Assembly (NCBI GenBank): GCA_963695225.1 | Contig: OY968762.1 | Coordinates: forward strand, 512,001 to 576,000 | Length of the DNA stretch: 64,000 nucleotides | Direction of reading: 5' to 3' | Source of the DNA: Vulcanimicrobiota bacterium | Lineage (GTDB): Bacteria; Vulcanimicrobiota; Vulcanimicrobiia; Vulcanimicrobiales; Vulcanimicrobiaceae | In this document: positions 19,322 through 28,191 of the stretch, one piece after another | Position numbering within the stretch: the first letter of the stretch is position 1 | How the letters are laid out: each line of letters starts with the position of its first letter | Notes under the pieces: model-generated | What the model saw: only the letters and a program-made list of their open reading frames with translations | What the model was told of the DNA's origin: nothing | Databases searched by the model: none | Program-made: the position numbers and the translations under genes

Positions 19322-20190
19322 TCCCGCACCGCGGCGCGCGAGCCCAGCAACCCCGCGGGTCGCAGCAGCAACATCGCGAGCAGCAGCGAGTAGACGGCCG
19401 GGTCCGCCACGCCGTAGGAGAATTGGCCTTCGAGCAGTTTCTCGACGACGCCGACGGCGAGCCCGCCGAGCGCGCAACCGAGCGGGGAATCGAGCCCGCC
19501 GACGATCGCGCCGACGAAACCCTTGATCGAGATCGCGACGCCGCCCGCTCCGCCGACAAGCGTGATCGGCCCGATGATCGTGCCGCCGAACGCAGCGAGC
19601 GCGATCGCGATCCCGACGCTGATCGTGCGGGTCTTCGCAACGTCGATGCCGACGAGCTGCGCGCCGAGCGGATTGTTTGCGGCGGCGCGGATCGCCTTGC
19701 CGAACGTCGTCCGTTCGAAAAACGCGAACAGCGCGCCGAGCGCGAGGAACAAGAGCGCGAGGACCCAGAGGCTCTGCACCGGGATCGCGATCCCGGCGAG
19801 CGTGAGGGCTTCACCGGGCACCCCGGAGAATGGCGGGAGCGGCTGCGTGAGGCTGCCCCAGATCAGCGCGTGCCCGTAGAGCAGCACGTAAACCGTGCCG
19901 ATCGTGGCGATCGTGACCGCGACTTCATTGACGCGTGCCGCCGGCTTCAGGACGAAACGCTCGTAGAGGATGCCCAGCAGGAAGCCGAGCGCGGTCGCGC
20001 CGAGCAGCGCGAGCCACACGTCGAGGTGCAGTACCGTCACGATCGAGTACGCCAGCAGCCCCCCGAGCACGACGAATTCACCCTGCGCGAAATTGACGAC
20101 GCGAGTCGCACGCAAGATGATGTGGATCCCGAGCGCGACGAGCGCGTAGCCGCTCCCGACGGTCAATCCTGCGACGACGAGTTGCAGCAT
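19318..20190 (-). CDS. LivH-like ABC permease
   Basis: YALVALG, VNFAQGE, GKAIRA and AIVGGL motifs; highly hydrophobic. Confidence 0.9.
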   Translation of the reverse strand: MLQLVVAGLTVGSGYALVALGIHIILRATRVVNFAQGEFVVLGGLLAYSIVTVLHLDVWLALLGATALGFLLGILYERFVLKPAARVNEVAVTIATIGTVYVLLYGHALIWGSLTQPLPPFSGVPGEALTLAGIAIPVQSLWVLALLFLALGALFAFFERTTFGKAIRAAANNPLGAQLVGIDVAKTRTISVGIAIALAAFGGTIIGPITLVGGAGGVAISIKGFVGAIVGGLDSPLGCALGGLAVGVVEKLLEGQFSYGVADPAVYSLLLAMLLLRPAGLLGSRAAVRD

Positions 20191-20303
20191 CGCCGTAACG
20201 TACGGCGGAAGAAATGTCGTTCTCCTGGCAGGCGCGCGGGTTCCGGCGTCCGCGCGTCGTTCTTCCCGGGGAGGCCGCGGAACTGCGGCGAAGCACTCGC
20301 GCG

Positions 20304-21284
20304 ATGAGAGCACCTCGCGTCCGGCCCTATGCCTGGTTGCCGGCTTTCGCGCTCCTCGCCGCGTGTCAGGGTAACGTCGGGTCGTCGTACCCGTCGGCTT
20401 CGCTGCCGCAGCTCTCGCCGAATCCGGGCCAATACGGCGCGGCGGCGACGCGGCAGAGCCGGAGCGTCAGTGCGAACGCTCAGGTGAAGGCGGACGACCC
20501 GTCGATCGAGTTTCCGGCCGTCGACGGTTTCGGCCTCAGCTTGATCTTGCGCGACGGCGCGGGCGCAACGGCTTCGCCCGCGCCCTCCGCGAGCGGGGCG
20601 ACCCCGCGGGGGAGCGGCCCGCCCGCTTCTGCGCCGCCCGCCGCCAGCGCGACGCCGAGCCCTGCGCCGAGCCCTGCGCCGAGCCCTGCGCCGAGCGCCT
20701 CGTCCTCCGGCGCCCCCGCGAAAGGCGCGACGCCGTCACCGTCACCGTCGCCGACTTCGTCGACGCCGGGGGTGAAGGTCGAGGCGAAGCTGACGACCTA
20801 TCCCGACGGCGCGCCCGAGCTTCCGGCGGCGGCGGGAAGCGCGCCCCGGCGAGCGCTCGCGAAGGGCTACCTGGTCGCCCAGCGCGACCTCACCCTGCGC
20901 GGGCCCTCGGCCTTCGAATTCATCCTGCCGCCGAGCGAGCGTACGGGCGACCGCGGGTTCACGATCGCCGTCTACGAATCGCTCAAGCACAATCACCTCA
21001 AGCTGATCGCCCAAGATCCCGGCGGCGTCCTCGCCGGCGAACGCGTTCGCGGGAGCACCGATCCGAGCGCGGCCCCGCTCCTCTTGCACCGGGGTCGCGG
21101 CTACTTTGCGATCCTCTACGCCTCAGACCTCGCGCCGACGCCCGCGCCGCCCGGCAGTTTTCCGAGCGGCGGCCCCGGCGGACGGTTCTCGCCGGCGCCC
21201 GGCGCCTCGCCTTCAGCCGGCGGCTTGCCGCAGCCGGGAGCGAGCCCATCGCCGGTCGGAGCAACGTCGCGACCGACCGGATGA
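20304..21284 (+). CDS. Hypothetical Pro/Ser/Ala-rich lipoprotein
   Basis: Lipobox-like FALLAAC after a basic N-terminus; PSPA repeats flanking a globular region. Confidence 0.7.
   Translation: MRAPRVRPYAWLPAFALLAACQGNVGSSYPSASLPQLSPNPGQYGAAATRQSRSVSANAQVKADDPSIEFPAVDGFGLSLILRDGAGATASPAPSASGATPRGSGPPASAPPAASATPSPAPSPAPSPAPSASSSGAPAKGATPSPSPSPTSSTPGVKVEAKLTTYPDGAPELPAAAGSAPRRALAKGYLVAQRDLTLRGPSAFEFILPPSERTGDRGFTIAVYESLKHNHLKLIAQDPGGVLAGERVRGSTDPSAAPLLLHRGRGYFAILYASDLAPTPAPPGSFPSGGPGGRFSPAPGASPSAGGLPQPGASPSPVGATSRPTG
20654..20696 (+). repeat. 12-bp tandem repeat (GCCGAGCCCTGC x3.5) encoding PSPA
   Basis: Exact repeats visible in the sequence. Confidence 0.9.
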
Positions 21285-21336
21285 TCGCCCTCCCGAGCGA
21301 GGGTGGAAAACGTCGATGCCCGAGGCTTTGGTAGTG

Positions 21337-21345
21337 TGTTATGAT
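21337..21345 (+). promoter_or_regulatory. Extended -10 promoter (TGnTATGAT) of ffs
   Basis: TGTTATGAT 7 nt before the SRP RNA. Confidence 0.7.
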
Positions 21346-21352
21346 AGCGGTC

Positions 21353-21470
21353 GCCTTGTCGGGGGTTGGGCCCCGCGCAACGTGACCCTGTGAACCCCGC
21401 CAGGCCCGGAAGGGAGCAACGGTAAGCGGGCCCTTGCGTGTGCCGCGGATAACTCAGCTCTCGGCATGGC
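21353..21470 (+). ncRNA. ffs: Signal recognition particle RNA (small 4.5S type)
   Basis: Domain IV GAACCCCGCCAGGCCCGGAAGGGAGCAACGGTA with GGAA tetraloop; 5' and 3' ends pair. Confidence 0.93.
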
Positions 21471-21532
21471 TTGCTTGCCGGTGCGGTCCTCACGCGGCTG
21501 CACTTGCGTATTCCCGGAAACGAACGCTGACG

Positions 21533-22000
21533 ATGACGACGAGCGTACTCTGGGCCTCCGTGGGCGCAGCGATCCTCTTAGCGATCGCCCTTTATCATGT
21601 GGCGTTCGTGGCGCCGCGCCTCGGCGCGCTGCGCCGCATCCTCGACGGGGAGAACGACCCGCAAGACCAGGCTGCATCGATCGCGCGCGACCGCGCCCGG
21701 TTCGATGCCGCGCTGAAGAATCACGACGTTCGACTGGCGGAACTCGAACGGTCCGTGCGGCGTGAAGTCTTCCGCTTGGGCTTCATTCGCTACAATTCGT
21801 TCTCAGACGTCGGATCGGATCTCTCGTTCGCGCTCGCGTTCGTGAACGCCGAAGGCGACGGCGTCGTCGTTACGAGCATCTATTCGCGCGAGGAAACGCG
21901 CACGTACGGGAAGGCCGTCAAGAAGTTCATCACGCAGCAGGACGGCTCGAAGGAAGAGTTGGGAGCGATCGCTCTCGCTCGCACCGGCCTTGGGAACTGA
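21533..22000 (+). CDS. DUF4446 family membrane protein
   Basis: N-terminal TM; RYNSFSDVGSDLSFALA, GVVVTSIYSREETRTYGK and SKEE motifs. Confidence 0.85.
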   Translation: MTTSVLWASVGAAILLAIALYHVAFVAPRLGALRRILDGENDPQDQAASIARDRARFDAALKNHDVRLAELERSVRREVFRLGFIRYNSFSDVGSDLSFALAFVNAEGDGVVVTSIYSREETRTYGKAVKKFITQQDGSKEELGAIALARTGLGN

Positions 22001-22934
22001 TCCCTCTTTTAGGGACGGCTACCTCGTCAAGATCATCCCGCCCGCGGGGTACTCGGTGTGGCGTTTCGAGTTCACGCGTCTGCGCCTGCTGCTGATCGCG
22101 TTCCTCATCGTGGTCGCGGTGGCGGGCGTGGGCGGGAGCTATCTGTTCGGCATTTGGCACGCCGAAGCGCGCGTCCGCGAACTCCGCACGCAGGAAGTCT
22201 ATCAGCGCGAGCGCCTTACGAAGATCGCAGCGGAAGCGGAGCAGCTAGACGCGCAATTGCGCGACATCCAACATCAGAACAAGCAGATCCGAAGCATCAT
22301 CGGGGCGGACGCTGCGGGGGTAAAGAGCGCTCCGCCGGCGGCGGCGAGCGGCCTGCGGAGGACGCGCGCCGACGAATTCTCCTCCGTCGAAGATCATTTG
22401 CGCCGGTTGCGCGCCGATTCGGACCTCATGACGTCGGAGAGCGCCCGCTTGCGCGAAGTCACGCTGCGCATCTTGAACGTGCGCCGCTTGGAGGAGATCG
22501 CCCAGGCCCGCCTGATCGCGACGATCCCCTCGATCAGTCCGACGGGGCGCTTGGAGATTGCCTCGCCCTACGGTTTCCGGTACACGCCATGGCCCGAGTT
22601 CCACCGCGGCGTCGATCTGGTGGCGGATTACGGCGACCCCGTTCGGGCGACGGCCGCCGGCACGGTCGTTTCGGCCGGTTACGACGGCGGTTTCGGGTAC
22701 AAGGTCGACATCGATCACGGCAACGGGTATCACACGTGGTACGCGCATCTCTCGCGGATCGATGTGAGCGTGGGGCAGCGGGTCGTCAAAGGCGAGGAGA
22801 TCGCCGCCGTCGGCACCAGCGGTGCGTCGACGGGGCCCCACCTGCACTATCAGATCATGCACGACGGGGAATCCGTCGATCCGGCGCCGTTCCTCTCCGG
22901 CGTCCCCCCGAGCGTCCTCGCCAGTTTGAAGTGA
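21990..22934 (+). CDS. M23 family metallopeptidase with TM and coiled coil
   Basis: FHRGVD, YAHLS and STGPHLHY motifs. Confidence 0.92.
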   Translation: MGTDPSFRDGYLVKIIPPAGYSVWRFEFTRLRLLLIAFLIVVAVAGVGGSYLFGIWHAEARVRELRTQEVYQRERLTKIAAEAEQLDAQLRDIQHQNKQIRSIIGADAAGVKSAPPAAASGLRRTRADEFSSVEDHLRRLRADSDLMTSESARLREVTLRILNVRRLEEIAQARLIATIPSISPTGRLEIASPYGFRYTPWPEFHRGVDLVADYGDPVRATAAGTVVSAGYDGGFGYKVDIDHGNGYHTWYAHLSRIDVSVGQRVVKGEEIAAVGTSGASTGPHLHYQIMHDGESVDPAPFLSGVPPSVLASLK

Positions 22935-22994
22935 GGACCGCGCGCCGGCCGGCGCGCGCATGATCGCGCGGCCCGCCGCCGAAGAAGGCGCTCA

Positions 22995-23270
22995 ATGAGC
23001 TCCCTGTCATGTACGCTTGCGGTCGTCCTCGCGCAGGTGCTGCAAGTGTTTTGGCTCCTGATGATCGTGTACGCGGTCGTTTCGTGGGTGCCGTCGTTGC
23101 GAGGCCGCTGGGTCGACTACATCTCGATGATCGTCGAGCCGGTCCTCAATCCCGTACGCCGTCTGATACCGCCGGCCGGCGGGCTCGATTGGGCCTTCCT
23201 CGTCGTGATCTTCGCGGTCGGATACCTGGCCAAGGCTCTGCCGAACCTGGTCTGCCGGGTCACGTATTAA
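22995..23270 (+). CDS. YggT family membrane protein
   Basis: SWVP and [17 protein letters not shown] motifs. Confidence 0.88.
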   Translation: MSSLSCTLAVVLAQVLQVFWLLMIVYAVVSWVPSLRGRWVDYISMIVEPVLNPVRRLIPPAGGLDWAFLVVIFAVGYLAKALPNLVCRVTY

Positions 23271-23277
23271 CGACGGC

Positions 23278-25104
23278 ATGTTTTCCCCGACGACGGGCCA
23301 AGCGAAAATCGCTCGGCACATTCGCAATTTCTGCATCATCGCGCACATCGACCACGGCAAGACGACGCTCTCGGACCGGCTGCTCGAGGTGACGCGGACG
23401 ATCGAGCAGCGCCGGATGGAAGAACAGCTGCTCGACGCGATGGACCTCGAACGCGAGCGCGGCATCACGATCAAGATGCATCCGGTGACGCTCGCGTACA
23501 CCGCGCGCGACGGCCAATCATACGAGTTGAACTTCATCGATACGCCGGGCCACGTGGACTTTTCGTCGGAAGTCTCGCGCTCGCTCGCGGCCTGCGAAGG
23601 CGCGATCCTCGTGATCGATGCCGCGCAGGGCATCGAGGCGCAGACGCTGGCGAACTACCACCTCGCGCTCGACCACAAGCTCACGATCATCCCGGTGATC
23701 AACAAGATCGATCTCCCGGCCGCGGATCCGGAGCGGGTGAAGAAGGAGATCGAGGAGCTGCTGATCATCGAGGGCTCCGAGGCGATCCTGTGCAGCGCGA
23801 AAGAGGGCATCGGCATCGTCGACATCCTCGAAGCAATCGTGACGCGCATCCCTCCTCCCAGCGGGCGCGAGGATTATCTGCGCGGCATCGTGTTCGACGC
23901 GCAGTTCGATTCGTACCGCGGCGTCGTCTCCTACGTGCGCGTCGTCGACGGAAGCCTCCGCCCGGGGACGCGCTTCATGTCGATGGCGCAGAAGAAGGTC
24001 TACGAGTGTACGGAGGTCGGCGTCTTCAAGCCGGGGATGCTGAAGACGAGCCGGCTCGAGGTCGGCAACGTCGGCTACGTGATCGCGAACATTCGCTCGC
24101 TCGGCGACATCGACGTCGGCGATACGATCACGGAGGCGGAGAACCCGGCGCCCGAACCGCTCGCAGGCTACAAGCCGATCGTCCCGATGGTCTACTGCGG
24201 GCTGTATCCGAACGAGGGCGTCGAGGTCTCCGATCTGCGCGACGCGCTCGAGAAGCTCGCCCTCAACGATTCGGCCCTGCACTACGAGCCGGAGAGCTCG
24301 ATCGCGCTGGGCTTCGGCTTCCGCTGCGGCTTCCTCGGGCTCTTGCACATGGAGATCGTGCAAGAGCGGCTCGAGCGCAACTACAACCTCGATTTGATCG
24401 CAACCTCGCCCTCGGTCGTCTTCCGCGTGACGCTGACCGACGGGCGCATCGAACTGATCGACAATCCGGCGAAGCTTCCGGCGCGCGACAAGATCGCGCT
24501 GATGGAGGAGCCGTACGTCACGGCAACCGTGATCACGCCGCCCGAGTACGTCGGCGCGATCATGGAGCTGACGCAGAATCGCCGAGGCACGCTCAAGAAC
24601 ATGGAGTACCTCAGCGACGGCCGCGTGATCCTGACCTACGAGATGCCGCTGATCGAGTTGATCATCGATTACTTCGACCAGTTGAAATCGCGCACGAAGG
24701 GCTACGCCTCTCTAGATTACGAGATGATCGGCTACCGCGAAGGCGACCTCGTGAAGCTGGAGATCCTGCTCAACGCGGAGCCGGTCGACGCGCTCTCGTT
24801 CATCGTGGCGCGCGAGAAGGCGCCGAGCCGCGGCCGCGCACTGACGGAGAAGCTGAAGGAACTGATCCCCCGGCAGATGTTCGACGTCCCGATCCAGGCC
24901 GCCATCGGCGGCAAGATCGTTGCGCGCGAGACCGTCAGCGCGATGCGCAAGAACGTCCTTGCGAAATGCTACGGCGGCGACATCACGCGAAAACGGAAGC
25001 TGCTCGAGAAGCAGAAGGCGGGCAAGGAGCGGATGAAGCGGGTCGGCCGGGTCGACCTGCCGCAGGAAGCGTTCATGGCGGTCCTGCGCCTCGACGACGA
25101 CTAG
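23278..25104 (+). CDS. lepA: Elongation factor 4
   Basis: [35 protein letters not shown] and [18 protein letters not shown] motifs. Confidence 0.98.
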   Translation: MFSPTTGQAKIARHIRNFCIIAHIDHGKTTLSDRLLEVTRTIEQRRMEEQLLDAMDLERERGITIKMHPVTLAYTARDGQSYELNFIDTPGHVDFSSEVSRSLAACEGAILVIDAAQGIEAQTLANYHLALDHKLTIIPVINKIDLPAADPERVKKEIEELLIIEGSEAILCSAKEGIGIVDILEAIVTRIPPPSGREDYLRGIVFDAQFDSYRGVVSYVRVVDGSLRPGTRFMSMAQKKVYECTEVGVFKPGMLKTSRLEVGNVGYVIANIRSLGDIDVGDTITEAENPAPEPLAGYKPIVPMVYCGLYPNEGVEVSDLRDALEKLALNDSALHYEPESSIALGFGFRCGFLGLLHMEIVQERLERNYNLDLIATSPSVVFRVTLTDGRIELIDNPAKLPARDKIALMEEPYVTATVITPPEYVGAIMELTQNRRGTLKNMEYLSDGRVILTYEMPLIELIIDYFDQLKSRTKGYASLDYEMIGYREGDLVKLEILLNAEPVDALSFIVAREKAPSRGRALTEKLKELIPRQMFDVPIQAAIGGKIVARETVSAMRKNVLAKCYGGDITRKRKLLEKQKAGKERMKRVGRVDLPQEAFMAVLRLDDD

Positions 25105-25114
25105 GAGGGCCGGC

Positions 25115-25567
25115 ATGGCCGATTGGCTGCTCGAGCGCAACTACAGCGATTTGCAGGTCGGCGAGAGGCAACGGTGCCGCGCGCGGACGATCACGGAGGC
25201 GGACATCGTGATGTGGTGCTCGCTGACGGGCGACTGGTTTTGGCCGCACGTCGACGCGCCGGCGGCTGCGAAATCGATCTTCGGGCAGCGCGTCGCGCCG
25301 GGGATGATGGTGTGGGCGTTCGGAGGCGGGCTCGGCGTTCCGGCGCACTCGCGGACGATCGTCGCGAACTACGGCGCGGATAAGCTCCGCTTCACGAAGC
25401 CCGTCTTCATCGGCGACACGATCCGGCTGGAGTTGGAGATCCTCGCGAAGCGCGGGCGGCCGGGCGGCGGCGGCGTGGTCGACGTGGGCTGGAATCTGTT
25501 CAATCAGCGCGACGAGGCGGTCTGCGTCAGCACCGTCAAGCTCTTGATGACGGACGCCGTTCCCTAA
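25115..25567 (+). CDS. MaoC/PaaZ-like hotdog dehydratase
   Basis: RTITEADI, TGD...HVD and LRFTKPVFIGDT motifs; SD GGAGG. Confidence 0.9.
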   Translation: MADWLLERNYSDLQVGERQRCRARTITEADIVMWCSLTGDWFWPHVDAPAAAKSIFGQRVAPGMMVWAFGGGLGVPAHSRTIVANYGADKLRFTKPVFIGDTIRLELEILAKRGRPGGGGVVDVGWNLFNQRDEAVCVSTVKLLMTDAVP

Positions 25568-26571
25568 GCGGGACCGCTCCAGGGGGAACCGTCGCCTGCG
25601 TAGACGTTGCCGTAGAGTTGGGTCGCTTCCGGGAGCGGCTCCGCTTCCACTTCGTCGGTGATGCGGTCGACGAGTTCGCGCAACTCCGCACGCAGGGCGT
25701 CGACGTCGGCCTGCGTCAGCACGCCGCCGGCGATCAAGTCGCGCTCGAAGCGCGGGACGGGATCGTTCGCACGATAGCGCGCGACTTCTTCCGGCGAGCG
25801 ATACGTGCGGTCGTCATCGTCGGTCGTATGCGAAAGGAAGCGGTAGCACTGCGCTTCGACGAGCGTCGGCCCCTCGCCCGAGACGGCCCGCGCGCGGGCA
25901 TCGCGCAGTGCCGCGAAGACCGCGAGCGGATCGAATCCGTCGACCGTTGCTCCGGGAATGCCGTAGCCCGCGGCGCGCTCGGCAACGTTCTCGATCGCCA
26001 TCTGCTTGGATTGCGGCGTCGAGATCGCCCAACGATTGTTCTCGCAGAAGAAGACGACCGGAACGCGGTGCACGGCTGCAAAATTCAGGGCCTCGTGCCA
26101 CTCCCCTTGGCTCGTCGCGCCGTCGCCGAACGTGCAGAAGACCGCACGCTCCCTCTCGCCGCGCAGCTTGAACGCGTACGCGGCGCCGACGGCGTGCGAG
26201 CACTGCGCGGCGACGGTCGAACTGATCGTCGCGATCCCGAGTTCGCTCGCCGTCGCATGGTTGACGATCTGTCGACCTTGCGAACGATCGCTCGCACGCG
26301 CGAAGAGCGAACGGAACAAATCCCGCAACGGATAGCCGCAGGCCAGCAGCGCCCCCGTATCGCGGTAATACGGGTAAAGCGCGTCGCTGCCGCGCACGAA
26401 GACGAGCCCGAGTGCCGCTTGCGCCGCTTCGTGCCCCTCGGAGCTCATCGCGATCGGGATCTTGCCTTGCCGGTTGAGCTGAAAGCCACGGCTATCGACT
26501 GCTCGCTGCAAGAGCATGTCGTGCAGGACGGTGCGGAGCTGCACGTGCGTCAACGGTCCGGTCCAAATCAT
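25564..26571 (-). CDS. ThDP-dependent 2-oxoacid dehydrogenase E1 alpha (BCKDH-like)
   Basis: RQGK, GHEAAQ, PYYRD, GDGATSQG...ENN and SHTTDDD..YR motifs; SD GGAGG. Confidence 0.9.
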   Translation of the reverse strand: MIWTGPLTHVQLRTVLHDMLLQRAVDSRGFQLNRQGKIPIAMSSEGHEAAQAALGLVFVRGSDALYPYYRDTGALLACGYPLRDLFRSLFARASDRSQGRQIVNHATASELGIATISSTVAAQCSHAVGAAYAFKLRGERERAVFCTFGDGATSQGEWHEALNFAAVHRVPVVFFCENNRWAISTPQSKQMAIENVAERAAGYGIPGATVDGFDPLAVFAALRDARARAVSGEGPTLVEAQCYRFLSHTTDDDDRTYRSPEEVARYRANDPVPRFERDLIAGGVLTQADVDALRAELRELVDRITDEVEAEPLPEATQLYGNVYAGDGSPWSGPA

Positions 26572-26718
26572 GTCGGCTCGTCCTCCCCGGCGTGGCGACC
26601 GGCGAACCGTGCGTCGGTGTTTTAGCGGATTCCCATCGAGCGTTGCGGTGTGCCGACGTTCGCGCGGTCCACCCGGCCCTCCCTCCGCCCGTTGCCGCGC
26701 CGTGTGACGGCGCGCAGG

Positions 26719-26747
26719 TTTACAATCATCGGTGCAGGATGTATACT
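26719..26747 (+). promoter_or_regulatory. Sigma70-type promoter TTTACA-N17-TATACT
   Basis: Both hexamers match consensus 5/6 with 17-nt spacing in a GC-rich genome. Confidence 0.7.
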
Positions 26748-26751
26748 CAAG

Positions 26752-26967
26752 TCGTCTCGAGACAGGACGCGCGTTTCTCCTAAAAGGAGGGCGATTGGAA
26801 TCGCAGAATCCACCCGGGCACCTCGCCGGAGTGTGAACGCTCCAAAGATCGTGTAGTCGCGTAGCGCAACACATAACGTTTCGGACGTTTTCCGAAGTAC
26901 GGCGCGCGCACTCAAGACGATCTGCTCAACGCAAACGCCGTGAATTTTCGCGGCGTTTGCGTTGAGC
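26752..26967 (+). ncRNA. Candidate structured leader or sRNA of unknown family
   Basis: Basal stems 26752-61/26911-20 and 26768-73/26903-08 enclose five short hairpins; followed by a perfect 17-bp stem hairpin at 26924-26967. Confidence 0.45.
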
Positions 26968-26986
26968 CTTGTACGGGTGAACGACG

Positions 26987-28027
26987 ATGACGAGATCGGT
27001 GCCGTCCAGCGGCCTCGTGATTCCGAGCAGTGGGTTGATTCCGGCTCCGGAGATTCCGCAGCCGAACATCTATCCCATGGAGTGGCGCATCCACACGCCG
27101 AAGCTCGCAGAACTCTACGAGCGCTCGAAGCTGCACGTTTGGAATCCCTCCGATTTTCCGTGGGAGGAACTGCGCCCCGAGGACTTCTCGCCGGAGCAGC
27201 GGATCGGAATCATGTATTGGTATGCGGTCCTGGCGAATTTCGACGGCTCGGGCCCGGCCGTCTTCGCGAAGGCGACGATCCATGCATTCGAGCACCACAC
27301 CGAGGATCCGATCCGCAAGTGTTTCTTTTCGATCACGCGCGACGAGATGAATCACGAAGAGTGTTGCCAGCGGGCGATCCAAAGACTCGTCCCGGGAGGG
27401 CCGCTCGACTTCGTTGCGACGACCGATCTCGAACGCGCGGCGCAGAACAACGTCGGCTGGCTCTACCATAACGGCGGGCGGTACTGGACGGGCTACTCTG
27501 CTTCGCTTGAGAAGTATCCGTTGAGCGTGTTGTTCACGTCCTTCATGATGGGCGAAGTCGCGAGTTCCACGCTCTTCTTCGGGATGGCTCAGAAGGCGAC
27601 GCACCCGCTCTTCAAAGAGATCTTCAAGAAAGTCGGGCAAGACGAAGCGCGCCATCTTGCGATCTGCCTGACGATCCTCGAGAACGATTGGCCCGGGCTC
27701 TCGGATGAATACAAGGCCCTGATCACGCGACAGCTACGGGCCGGCTTCGTCTTTCTTTCGATGATCTTGTGGGAGCCGCCGAACCAATTCTGGGAGATCC
27801 CGGACTATTTTCTGCCGAACCACCGCGTGCTCGTCGGCCACGCGCGGGCGGGCGGGCTCGGCGTGTTGAGCTACGACGAGCAGGCCGAAAACTGGCGCAC
27901 GGCGCTCGCGCGCGTCAGAGCGATCGTCCAGGAGTGGGGCATCGAGTTTCCGGCGATTCCCGAACTCGACCTCGACGGCGTCGACGTGGGGCACATCGGG
28001 CCGGAAGACATCATCCCGGTCTTCTAG
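26987..28027 (+). CDS. Ferritin-like diiron protein (RNR-beta/R2-like fold), function unknown
   Basis: W52-x-P, D86, E120-x-x-H123, E190 and D-E220-A-R-H223. Confidence 0.8.
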   Translation: MTRSVPSSGLVIPSSGLIPAPEIPQPNIYPMEWRIHTPKLAELYERSKLHVWNPSDFPWEELRPEDFSPEQRIGIMYWYAVLANFDGSGPAVFAKATIHAFEHHTEDPIRKCFFSITRDEMNHEECCQRAIQRLVPGGPLDFVATTDLERAAQNNVGWLYHNGGRYWTGYSASLEKYPLSVLFTSFMMGEVASSTLFFGMAQKATHPLFKEIFKKVGQDEARHLAICLTILENDWPGLSDEYKALITRQLRAGFVFLSMILWEPPNQFWEIPDYFLPNHRVLVGHARAGGLGVLSYDEQAENWRTALARVRAIVQEWGIEFPAIPELDLDGVDVGHIGPEDIIPVF

Positions 28028-28140
28028 TCTTTCGAGGCGTCGGCTTCGCTCGCCGGAATCGCTTCAGGTGCCGCGAGGATCAGCGCCGCGATCACCGCGG
28101 CCATCAGCCCTGTCGAGAACTCCTGCAGAAGCTGGTCCAT
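28024..28140 (-). CDS. Putative 38-aa small hydrophobic protein
   Basis: MDQLLQEFSTGLMAAVIAALILAAPEAIPASEADASKD fills the gap; its stop overlaps the diiron gene stop. Confidence 0.4.
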   Translation of the reverse strand: MDQLLQEFSTGLMAAVIAALILAAPEAIPASEADASKD

Positions 28141-28191
28141 GTACTCACTTTCGGCCGACGCTCGCACATCTGTTAGAGCGGCGTTTCCCAC

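Noticed and set aside
20654..20696. 12-bp tandem repeat as a CRISPR or phase-variation locus
   Set aside because: In-frame low-complexity linker with no spacers
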